Source of the DNA: Hydrurus foetidus
Lineage: Eukaryota
Reading direction: 5' to 3'
Length of the DNA: 64,000 bases
Assembly: GCA_900617105.1 (NCBI GenBank)
Contig: UYFQ01000032.1
Span: 434,001 to 498,000, forward strand
The translations under genes were made by a program, and so were the position numbers. Position 1 is the first letter of the stretch. Every line of letters starts with the position of its first letter. The notes under the pieces are model-generated. The model ran no database searches. It worked only from the letters and a program-made list of their open reading frames with translations, and had not been told where the DNA came from. Shown piece by piece: positions 52,828-61,045 of the stretch.

Positions 52828-52956
52828 AAGGCAACGGCTGGTTGACATGGCCATACGCCATCTAAAACAATAGCGGCTCACGCCCCTCCTATAAGCTTTG
52901 ACGCGGTATTGATCCGGATTCTGTACTGCCCCGGTGATGCCTTGAACCAGCGCTTG
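52828..52956. repeat. Diverged direct repeat of 55412-55539 (AraC gene 3' end plus downstream spacer)
   Basis: About 129 nt at roughly 80% identity by eye, including GGATTCTGTACTGCCCCGG and CCTTGAACCAGCG. Confidence 0.88.
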
Positions 52957-52983
52957 AGCTGGTCATTGGTGAAAAATTTTCGT

Positions 52984-53700
52984 TCAAAACCGGGTGGTTA
53001 AATCCAAAAGCCAGTTGGGCATATGGTTGGTGAGTACCGTTTCCAACCACTTGTCTGTGCCGGTGAGAACCAGTCCGCCCACCAACAGCAAACCCCAACC
53101 CATCACTTGCTTGCCGCCTTGGCCAATGGCTGCCATAGCCTTGCGCTTGCCACCAATGGCTGCGCGTGAACCGTAGGCCAGCAAACCCATAGGCACGGCT
53201 GCACCCACACCGAAGGCAAACATGGTTGCCATCGCCTGCCATACCGAGTGACCGTTGGCAGCCATGGTGACCGCAGCGCCCAGGGTCGGCCCTACGCAAG
53301 GCGACCACACCACGCCGAGCATGACACCTAATACGCCTTGGCCCAAGGCGCTGTCACCCTTAAATCCCGCCAACTTGCTATGGGCACCATCGGTCAGGGG
53401 TGTGGCTACGCGCACAAAGGCCCGTTGCAAGGCTGGCACCAAAAAAGTGGCACCAAACAACAGCATCAGCACCGCGCTGCCGGTGCGAACATGGCTTGCG
53501 TCCACACCCAGACTGGTGCCAAACAAGGCCAACAGAGTGCCCACTACCGTATAAGACAGCACCACCCCGGACAGCAAAGCCAATGGCCCTAGCCGTGCGG
53601 TTTGCAGCGCACTGGACATGATGATGGGTACAACGGGCAGCACACAAGGGGACAAGGTGGACAAAGCACCGGCCAAGAGACTCAATAGAAAAGTGATCAC
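52984..53700 (-). CDS. ccdA: CcdA/DsbD-type transmembrane electron transporter
   Basis: LSPCVLPVVP and WSPCVGPTLG motifs, six TM segments. Confidence 0.92.
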   Translation of the reverse strand: MITFLLSLLAGALSTLSPCVLPVVPIIMSSALQTARLGPLALLSGVVLSYTVVGTLLALFGTSLGVDASHVRTGSAVLMLLFGATFLVPALQRAFVRVATPLTDGAHSKLAGFKGDSALGQGVLGVMLGVVWSPCVGPTLGAAVTMAANGHSVWQAMATMFAFGVGAAVPMGLLAYGSRAAIGGKRKAMAAIGQGGKQVMGWGLLLVGGLVLTGTDKWLETVLTNHMPNWLLDLTTRF

Positions 53701-53727
53701 GGTGCATCGTCCTGATGGGTGACTGAA

Positions 53728-54150
53728 TTACAAAGCTTTGCGGATGAGCTGGCGCATTTGGTCTTTGTCGGTAATGCCGGTGACTCGGTCGATCTCAAGC
53801 GGCCCCTTGGCTGCAATCAAGGTGGATTGCATCTTGACGCCCAGTTGCTCCACCAGCGCTTTGTCAGCATCAAAGTCGATCTTGAACACCACCACGTCTT
53901 TGAACTCGGGTTCTTTCATCAGCTGCTCAATGATGGGGTTTTGCTTGGCGCAGTAAGGGCACCATGTGGCGTGCACATGCATGATGATGGGTTTTTTGGC
54001 AGTGGCAGCAGCCTTGTAAGCATCCATATTGGCGGGAACGATTTCGCCCGCACTGGCGGTGCCCGCAGCAAGGCCTGCAAACAAAACAGAAGTAGCCATT
54101 ACCAGAGTAGCAAAGGCGCGGCGTGTAGAAGTTTGGTTAGCAAATGACAT
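53728..54150 (-). CDS. Exported thioredoxin-family protein
   Basis: Signal peptide; HATWCPYC active site. Confidence 0.92.
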   Translation of the reverse strand: MSFANQTSTRRAFATLVMATSVLFAGLAAGTASAGEIVPANMDAYKAAATAKKPIIMHVHATWCPYCAKQNPIIEQLMKEPEFKDVVVFKIDFDADKALVEQLGVKMQSTLIAAKGPLEIDRVTGITDKDQMRQLIRKAL

Positions 54151-54266
54151 ATAGAAGGGGAATGAAGTGAGTCCAAGTTAAAGATGCCTCGCTCGCTGCT
54201 CAAAGCAAGCCGCCGCGAGACTGGTGTGAGATTGCACGGCAAGTCACAGTGCGCTCTCCATGAGCA

Positions 54267-54294
54267 AGAGGCGCGGGCCACGCAAAAGGATTCA
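54267..54294 (-). promoter_or_regulatory. Putative ECF-sigma promoter for trx-ccdA
   Basis: Minus strand reads TGAATCC-N14-CGCCTCT, matching the plus-strand copy. Confidence 0.7.
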
Positions 54295-54344
54295 TGGCAG
54301 TCCCATTTTTTGAAAAAAGTTTTTTGACTTTTTTTCGAAATGTG

Positions 54345-54372
54345 TGAATCCATTTGCTGCGCTGCCGCCTCT
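54345..54372 (+). promoter_or_regulatory. Putative ECF-sigma promoter for the DUF2892-sigma operon
   Basis: TGAATCC-N14-CGCCTCT, 36 bp before ATG 54409. Confidence 0.7.
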
Positions 54373-54408
54373 AGGTAAGCGTCATCAACTTCAAACCTGG
54401 AATTCACA

Positions 54409-54621
54409 ATGTTCTTTTTAAAGCGTAATCTCCCTACCTGGGAACGTGCAACCCGTATCGTCGCAGGCGTCATCGTTGGGGTAGCGGTCGCGGTCGGGGC
54501 CGTTCCGGTGGGGCTGGTCACATGGTTGGCATTAGCCACAGCCGCCACGTTGGTGCTTACTGCATTTGTAGGCTTCTGCCCCGCCTGTGCCATGGTGGGG
54601 CGCCGTTACCTGGACCAATAA
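54409..54621 (+). CDS. DUF2892/YgaP-like membrane protein
   Basis: KRNL..WER..R, two TM segments, GFCPAC. Confidence 0.85.
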   Translation: MFFLKRNLPTWERATRIVAGVIVGVAVAVGAVPVGLVTWLALATAATLVLTAFVGFCPACAMVGRRYLDQ

Positions 54622-54623
54622 CT

Positions 54624-55193
54624 ATGCGAGCCCAAGCGCAATTGATAGAAGCAGCCCGTCAGGGGGATTCAGGTGCCATCTCTGAGCTGCTGACCGTGTG
54701 CCAGCCTGATCTGAAACGGTTTGCCCGGCGCACCTGCTCAACCACCGAAGATGCAGAAGACGCCGTGCAGGTTGCACTGTGGCAGCTGTACCGCAAAGTG
54801 GGGCTTTTGCGCTGCGCGGCGACGTTCACCACCTGGATATTCAGGATCGTGGAGCGCGAGTGCTATCGCCTGTACCGCAGTGCCCGGGGCACCACATCAT
54901 TGGATGATGTGCTGGAGCATGACTTGCCCCAAGCACCCCTGGTGCCCACCGACCTGAAGCTGGACTTGGCCCGCGCCCTTGAGCGGCTCACTCCGCCCTA
55001 CCGCGAGGTACTGCTGCTGCGCGATGTGCACGAGCTCACCGCGCCCGAAGTGGCCGCGCAGCTAGGCCTCAGCCTGGAGGCCGTAAAAAGCCGCCTGCAC
55101 CGTGCCCGCACCCAGGTGCGTGAACAACTCTTAGCCAGTGGCTACTGGCTCAAAGACGGGGCACCAGAGCCCCTTCACACCGTTAAGGATTGA
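54624..55193 (+). CDS. ECF RNA polymerase sigma factor
   Basis: Region 2 DAEDAVQ...FTTWIFRI; region 4 YREVLLLRD...EVA..LGLS..AVKSRLHRAR. Confidence 0.95.
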   Translation: MRAQAQLIEAARQGDSGAISELLTVCQPDLKRFARRTCSTTEDAEDAVQVALWQLYRKVGLLRCAATFTTWIFRIVERECYRLYRSARGTTSLDDVLEHDLPQAPLVPTDLKLDLARALERLTPPYREVLLLRDVHELTAPEVAAQLGLSLEAVKSRLHRARTQVREQLLASGYWLKDGAPEPLHTVKD

Positions 55194-55194
55194 T

Positions 55195-55413
55195 ATGTAT
55201 TGCAGTACTTCAGTGTCCGCGCATTTGCTGCGCGGAGCGGCCGCCCTGGCCCTCGTTATGTTTGCGTTGGTCTTTAACAACTACGGCTGGGTTTTATCTG
55301 CCGTTGCACTGGTTGGTGCCGTCGTTTTGCTGCGGGGCTGCCCCATGTGCTGGTTGATGGGCTTATTTGAAACCATCAAGCAGGGCAAGAAATCAGGAGC
55401 CCAGCGAGCATAA
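55195..55413 (+). CDS. Small two-TM protein with CPMC motif
   Basis: MYCSTS...LLRGCPMCWLMG; ATG 2 nt after the sigma stop. Confidence 0.8.
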   Translation: MYCSTSVSAHLLRGAAALALVMFALVFNNYGWVLSAVALVGAVVLLRGCPMCWLMGLFETIKQGKKSGAQRA

Positions 55414-55460
55414 GGTAACGGCTGATTGAACAGCCACACGCCATCTGAAACAATAGCGCC

Positions 55461-56537
55461 TCACGCCCTGTCTATAAGATTTTGTGAGGAATTGAGCTGG
55501 ATTCTGTACTGCCCCGGCGACACCTTGAACCAGCGTTTGGCAGCGCGGGCAAAGTTGCTTTGTTCGGCGAACCCCAGCAGGTACGCCACCTCGGCCAGGG
55601 ACATCAGCGGCTGGCGTAAATAACGCTCAGCCAGTTCTTGCCGGGTGCTGTCGAGCAGCTGCTGGAACGATGTGCCTTCGCGCTGGAGTTGGCGCTGCAA
55701 GGTGCGCTCGCTGATCGACAGCAACTGGGCCATCGCAGCCCGCACGGGTTCGCCGTCGGGCAGCTTTTGCACCATCAGATCGCGTATTTTTTGGCTGACC
55801 TCGCCGTGGTCGAGCTGCTTGAGCTGGTCACTGGCGTACTGGTTCACGATCGCCGCCATCGCAGGGTTGGCCGTGGGCAAGCGCTGCGCTAAATCAGCAC
55901 CCGAAAACAGCACGCTGTTGAAGGGGGCGTTGAAATGAATCGGGCATGAAAAAGCCGCGTGGTAGGGCTGCACATCAACCGGTGGGGCTTGCGACAAGGT
56001 GATCGACAAAGGCCGCAACTCAGCCGCCAACACCCAGCGGCAAAACGTCAATAAAGTGAGCAAAGTTGCCACATAGCGCTGGTGGTGTACGGGGATTTTT
56101 CCACCAAACAACGCCAACGTGATGCGGCAGTTGCGCCCCTCATGTTCCAAGGTGACGCTTGGCGCGTCGCCCAAGATGCGCACGTAGCGCACCAAGCGCT
56201 CCAGCCCCTGCGCCAAACTGGCGCTGGACATCACCACGTAGCCCAGCAGCTCAAAGCTGGCCAGCTTGGCAGTGTTCGAGGCGCACAAGCCAATGGCGGG
56301 GTTGCCTGAGCGGGCCTCGGCCAAGGCCCACAACTCGCTGAGTTTTTCGGTGGGGCAGCCTTGCTTTTGGCTGACCAGAGCCTGCATGTCCAGCCCCACC
56401 TCACGGCACAGCGCATCGCCATCCAGCCCGCTTTGGGCCATCGCGTCGATCAACCCCTGCACCCAGATGGCGGAGATGTGGCGTTGCGCGGTGGTTTTTC
56501 TGGTGTGTTGATGGATGTGCTGATGGGTCTGCTGCAT
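55461..56537 (-). CDS. AraC-family regulator
   Basis: SERTLQRQL..EGTSF, EVAYLLGFAEQSNFARAAKRWF. Confidence 0.95.
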   Translation of the reverse strand: MQQTHQHIHQHTRKTTAQRHISAIWVQGLIDAMAQSGLDGDALCREVGLDMQALVSQKQGCPTEKLSELWALAEARSGNPAIGLCASNTAKLASFELLGYVVMSSASLAQGLERLVRYVRILGDAPSVTLEHEGRNCRITLALFGGKIPVHHQRYVATLLTLLTFCRWVLAAELRPLSITLSQAPPVDVQPYHAAFSCPIHFNAPFNSVLFSGADLAQRLPTANPAMAAIVNQYASDQLKQLDHGEVSQKIRDLMVQKLPDGEPVRAAMAQLLSISERTLQRQLQREGTSFQQLLDSTRQELAERYLRQPLMSLAEVAYLLGFAEQSNFARAAKRWFKVSPGQYRIQLNSSQNLIDRA

Positions 56538-56599
56538 GGTGTTTTCTTGACGTGACGGGCATCACCTTGATACACATGATGCGCCTCGATGCCCTGATT

Positions 56600-57688
56600 T
56601 CAACCCCACTCGCCGCCATCCACCAGCGCCTCAATAGCCAGTTTGGCCCGGTACTGCCCCGGCGACAGGTTGAACCAGCGCTTGGAAGCTCTGGTGAAGT
56701 TGCTCTGCTCGGCAAACCCCAGCATGTACGAGGCTTCGGCCAGCGACACATGGTCTTGGCGCAAGTAGGCCTCGGCCAGCTCCTGGCGGGTGGTGTCCAG
56801 CAGCTCTTGGAACGAGGCACCTTCGCGCTGGAGCTGGCGTTGCAGCGTGCGTTCGCTGACCGACAGCAGCCGGGCAATATCGGCACGGCCCGGCTCACCA
56901 TCTGGCAGTTTGCGCACGATCAGGTCGCGCACACGGTGGCTGACTTCAGCATGGCCCAACTGCTTGAGCTGATCGCTGGCGCACTGGTCCATCATCCCGG
57001 CCAGCACCGGATTGGCGGTGGGCAGCAGCAAAGCCAGATCAGCGCTTGAAAACAGCACGCTGTTGCTGTGCGCATCAAAGCGCAAAGGACACATGAAAGC
57101 GTCGTTGTAAGGCTGCACATGGGCCGGGGCCGCTTGGGTCAGCGTCACCTGCAAAGGCCGTAGCGCAGGCCCGGTGACCCAACGGCAAAATGTCAAAAAG
57201 GTGAGTAAAACTGACTCATAGCGCTGGCGCGGAACTGGCAATCGCCCGCCAAAAATCTCCAGCGTAAGACGGCGATTTTCGCCCTCATCACTCAGCACAG
57301 CGCTGTGTGTATCCCCCAAAATCCGAAGGTAACGCATCAACCGTTCTAGGCCTTCGGCTAAATCACGGCTGGACATCATCACGTAGCCCACCACTTCAAA
57401 ACTGGCAGGGCGGGCTGTGTGGGGTGTCGCAAGCCCGATGGCCGGATTGCCTGAGCGGGCCTCGGCCAGCGCCCACAATTGGCTTATTTTTTCTGTCGGG
57501 CAGCCTTGCTTTTTTTCGATCAACGCCGACATGTCCAAGTCAACTTCGGCACAAAGGGCATTCATGTCCAGCCCACTTTGCGCCAGAGAATCGATCAAGC
57601 CCTGCACCCAACTGATGGACACCCGGCGGGGAGCACCGGAGCGTCCAGCAGGGAGGGGTTTTACAGAAACGGTCGCGTGGTTTTCCAT
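56600..57688 (-). CDS. AraC-family regulator (paralog of the adjacent gene)
   Basis: Same architecture with many identical blocks (WVQGLID, QGCPTEK, LAEARSGNPAIGL). Confidence 0.95.
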   Translation of the reverse strand: MENHATVSVKPLPAGRSGAPRRVSISWVQGLIDSLAQSGLDMNALCAEVDLDMSALIEKKQGCPTEKISQLWALAEARSGNPAIGLATPHTARPASFEVVGYVMMSSRDLAEGLERLMRYLRILGDTHSAVLSDEGENRRLTLEIFGGRLPVPRQRYESVLLTFLTFCRWVTGPALRPLQVTLTQAAPAHVQPYNDAFMCPLRFDAHSNSVLFSSADLALLLPTANPVLAGMMDQCASDQLKQLGHAEVSHRVRDLIVRKLPDGEPGRADIARLLSVSERTLQRQLQREGASFQELLDTTRQELAEAYLRQDHVSLAEASYMLGFAEQSNFTRASKRWFNLSPGQYRAKLAIEALVDGGEWG

Positions 57689-57979
57689 ATTTTTTATAGC
57701 TGAAACTTCTGTGAAGTTTGTAAGTGCCTCGGTTAAACCCCTAGCGTCAAAGCCAAGTGTGTGGCTTCTAAAGCCTATCAACATTTTGCCTTTTAAAACT
57801 AGGATAGATACCGTACAAGTGCCTGGAAATACCGATAAAACAATGGGCCCCTCTGAATCATCAAAAACACCAGGGGAGCAAGGCAAACCCTCTTGTAAGT
57901 AGCCTGTCGCTCGATTAGCGTGGGAAGCGGTGTTTCAGGCTCAATACTTTTCAATTCAAACTTCATGAGGCTTCCCTCC

Positions 57980-59323
57980 ATGCGTAAATTCAACCCTCTT
58001 CGCGTCTTCCCTCTCTTGCAAGTCGCACTCGGTGCGGCATGGCTTGTGGCAAGCATGGGTGCCAGCGCACAAGCTGCAGCCCCCAAGTTCCTGGATGCAG
58101 AGGCGAGCGATCCGGTGAAGCTGGGCTGGATGGTGGGATCGCCGCCACCGGCAGACAAAATTATTCAGTTTGCCAATGGCAGTTTTTACAGCTTCCCGCG
58201 CACGCGCTGGAGCTTCTCCAACTATCGCCAAACCGGGCCAACCAGCAACGTGTCACGCGGCACATCGCCCATCAGCGTGCTGCCACGCGCAGAGCGCTCA
58301 GACATTGATGCCCTCACATTCACGGTACTTGGCAAGGACGAGACAATGACTTGGTCGCAGTCGCTGGGGGTCAACTACACCGACGGTATCGTGGTACTGC
58401 ACAAAGGAAAAGTCGTTTACGAGCGGTATTTTGGTGCACTCAAGCCCCAGGGCCAGCACATAGCGATGTCGGTCACGAAATCATTCTTTGGCACCATCGG
58501 AGCCATGCTGGTGGCCGATGGCACGCTGGACGAGAACGCACCTGCGTCACAGTACGTGCCTGAGCTCAAAGGCAGCGGCTTTGGCGATGCCACCGTGCGC
58601 CAGCTGCTGGACATGACCACCGGCATCAAGTATTCCGAAAATTACGCTGACCCTGCCGCTGAAATTTGGGCGCATGTACGGGCAGGCAATGTGCTACCTC
58701 GCCCACCGGGCTATGCGGGACCGAAGTCGTTTTACGAGTTCATTCAAACGGTGCAAAAAGAGGGCGAGCACGGCCAAGCTTTCAGCTACAAAACCGTCAA
58801 CACCGACACGCTGGGCTGGGTCATCAGCCGTGTCACAGGAAAATCCGTAGGTGCAAATCTCCAAGAGCGCATCTGGGACAAGCTGGGCGCTGAACAAGAT
58901 GCCTATTTCAGTATCGACACCAACGGCACCGAATTCGCTGGCGGTGGCTTGAACGCTGGGCTGCGTGACATGGCCCGTTTTGGTGAAATGATGCGATTGG
59001 ACGGCAAATTCAACGGCCAACAAATCGTGCCCGCCAAGGTGGTCGCGGACATCCGCAACGGTGGCATCCCAGCCCAATTCCCCAAAGCAAGCTACCCCAC
59101 ACTGCCGGGCTGGGCCTACCGCAACATGTGGTGGGTATCGAACAACGAAAACGGTGCCTACGCTGCCCGAGGCATCCACGGCCAAACCATTTACATCGAC
59201 CCCAAAGCCGAAATGGTGATTGCGCGTTTTGCCTCGCACCCCTTGGCAGCCAACGGCAACTTTGACCCGACATCACTCCCTGCCTATAGTGCCGTGGCCC
59301 GCCATTTGATGGCCAAGCCTTGA
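57980..59323 (+). CDS. Serine hydrolase, class C beta-lactamase/NylB-like, exported
   Basis: Signal peptide; SVTK (SxxK), YKT, RGIHGQ. Confidence 0.9.
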   Translation: MRKFNPLRVFPLLQVALGAAWLVASMGASAQAAAPKFLDAEASDPVKLGWMVGSPPPADKIIQFANGSFYSFPRTRWSFSNYRQTGPTSNVSRGTSPISVLPRAERSDIDALTFTVLGKDETMTWSQSLGVNYTDGIVVLHKGKVVYERYFGALKPQGQHIAMSVTKSFFGTIGAMLVADGTLDENAPASQYVPELKGSGFGDATVRQLLDMTTGIKYSENYADPAAEIWAHVRAGNVLPRPPGYAGPKSFYEFIQTVQKEGEHGQAFSYKTVNTDTLGWVISRVTGKSVGANLQERIWDKLGAEQDAYFSIDTNGTEFAGGGLNAGLRDMARFGEMMRLDGKFNGQQIVPAKVVADIRNGGIPAQFPKASYPTLPGWAYRNMWWVSNNENGAYAARGIHGQTIYIDPKAEMVIARFASHPLAANGNFDPTSLPAYSAVARHLMAKP

Positions 59324-59388
59324 TTTTTGGCGGCTTATACCGTTCACCCGTTTCGACCTTTTCACCCTATCCACTGAGACCTTTTGTC

Positions 59389-61029
59389 ATGACAACCAAA
59401 CCCTGGACAGCCACCTGCCGCGACATCGGCTTGCCCGAGACCATCAACGCCGATGCCTACCCTTCCGTCGTTCACATGATGGACGAGGCAATGCTCAAGT
59501 TTGCAGATAAACCGGCCTTCCGCGCCTTTGGGCAAACACTGAGCTACGCCGATGTAGACCGCCAATCGGCAGCCTTCGCCGCTTGGTTGCAGCACGAAAT
59601 GGGGGTTAAAAAGGGCGACCGCATTGCGGTGATGTCACCTAATTTCTTGGCCTTCCCCATCGCCTTTTTGGGCATCATCCGGGCGGGTGCTGTGCAGGTC
59701 AACGTGAACCCGCTGTACACGCCGCGTGAGCTTGAGCACCAGCTGAACGACTCGGGCAGCAAGATCATCGTGGTGTTCAATGGCTCTACGCCTACGCTGG
59801 CCGAGATTGTGGGCAAAACCGGCATCACCACCGTCATCACCGTGGCACCGGGCGACGGCAGCACCGCCACGCTGCCCAGCCCGCCGGTGGACACCCGCTT
59901 GAAAGGCACCATCTCGTTCGCAGGTGCTTTGCTGGCTGGTGCGGCGTTGACGCGCACGCCGGTGGCGCTGTGCGGTGACGATTTGCTGTTTTTGCAGTAC
60001 ACCGGCGGCACCACGGGATTGTCCAAAGGCGCTTGCCTCTCGCACCGCAATTTGGTGGCCAACACCGAGCAGTTCAAAGCGCTGATGCCTGACGCGCTGC
60101 GCCCAGGGCAAGAAGTGGTGGTGACGGCGATTCCGCTGTACCACATCTTCGCGCTGATGGTGAATTTCATCACCTACTTCTCGGTGGGGGCAGACAACTG
60201 GCTGGTGGCCAATCCGCGCGATATGGACGGTTTTATCGCCGTCATGAAAGCCGCCAAACCCAGCATTTTCTTGGGTGTCAACACGCTGTATGCCGGTTTG
60301 ACCATGCACCCAGGCTTGAAGGAGGTCGATTTTTCCAACCTGCGCATGTCGGGCGGTGGCGGTGCCGCCGTGGTGAAAGCCACCTCAGACAAGTGGAAAG
60401 CCATCACCGGTAACTTCATCCGTGAAGGCTACGGCCTGTCGGAAACCTCGCCCGTGGTGTCTTTCAACCCCGCGTCTATCACCGAATTCACAGGCACCAC
60501 AGGCGTGCCCATGCCCAGCACGGACATCAAACTGCTGGACGACGACGGCGTTGAGGTCGCGCATGGCGAATCCGGTGAAGTCTGCGTGAAAGGCCCGCAA
60601 GTGATGAGCGGCTACTTCAACCAGCCCGAAGCGAATGCTGCGGCTTTCACGTCAGACGGCTACTTTCGCACCGGCGATGTGGGCCTGTTCACACCCGAGG
60701 GTTATTTGAAGATCGTTGACCGCAAGAAGGACATGGTGATCGTCTCTGGCTTCAACGTCTTCCCCAACGAGATCGAAGCTGTGGCCAGTGGCTGCCCAGG
60801 TGTGGGTGAGTGCGCGTGTATCGGTGTACCCGATGAGAAAACCGGCGAGGCGGTAAAGCTGTTTGTGGTGAAAGCACCGAACGCTACGCTGACCAGCGAA
60901 GAACTCATTGCCTATTGCCGCAAAGAATTGACAGCCTACAAAATCCCCAAGCATGTGAGCTTTATCGAAGCACTGCCTAAGAGTGCCGTGGGCAAAATTT
61001 TGCGCCGCGACCTGCGCACAGTGGCTTGA
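59389..61029 (+). CDS. fadD: Long-chain fatty acid-CoA ligase
   Basis: YTGGTTGLSKG, EGYGLSETSP, FRTGD, PKSAVGKILRR. Confidence 0.9.
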   Translation: MTTKPWTATCRDIGLPETINADAYPSVVHMMDEAMLKFADKPAFRAFGQTLSYADVDRQSAAFAAWLQHEMGVKKGDRIAVMSPNFLAFPIAFLGIIRAGAVQVNVNPLYTPRELEHQLNDSGSKIIVVFNGSTPTLAEIVGKTGITTVITVAPGDGSTATLPSPPVDTRLKGTISFAGALLAGAALTRTPVALCGDDLLFLQYTGGTTGLSKGACLSHRNLVANTEQFKALMPDALRPGQEVVVTAIPLYHIFALMVNFITYFSVGADNWLVANPRDMDGFIAVMKAAKPSIFLGVNTLYAGLTMHPGLKEVDFSNLRMSGGGGAAVVKATSDKWKAITGNFIREGYGLSETSPVVSFNPASITEFTGTTGVPMPSTDIKLLDDDGVEVAHGESGEVCVKGPQVMSGYFNQPEANAAAFTSDGYFRTGDVGLFTPEGYLKIVDRKKDMVIVSGFNVFPNEIEAVASGCPGVGECACIGVPDEKTGEAVKLFVVKAPNATLTSEELIAYCRKELTAYKIPKHVSFIEALPKSAVGKILRRDLRTVA

Positions 61030-61045
61030 CGCTCAGGAGAACCGC

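Noticed and set aside
57980..59323. Beta-lactam resistance gene
   Set aside because: The SxxK fold is present, but YKT/RGIHG motifs and the context fit NylB-like esterases/amidases better than AmpC.
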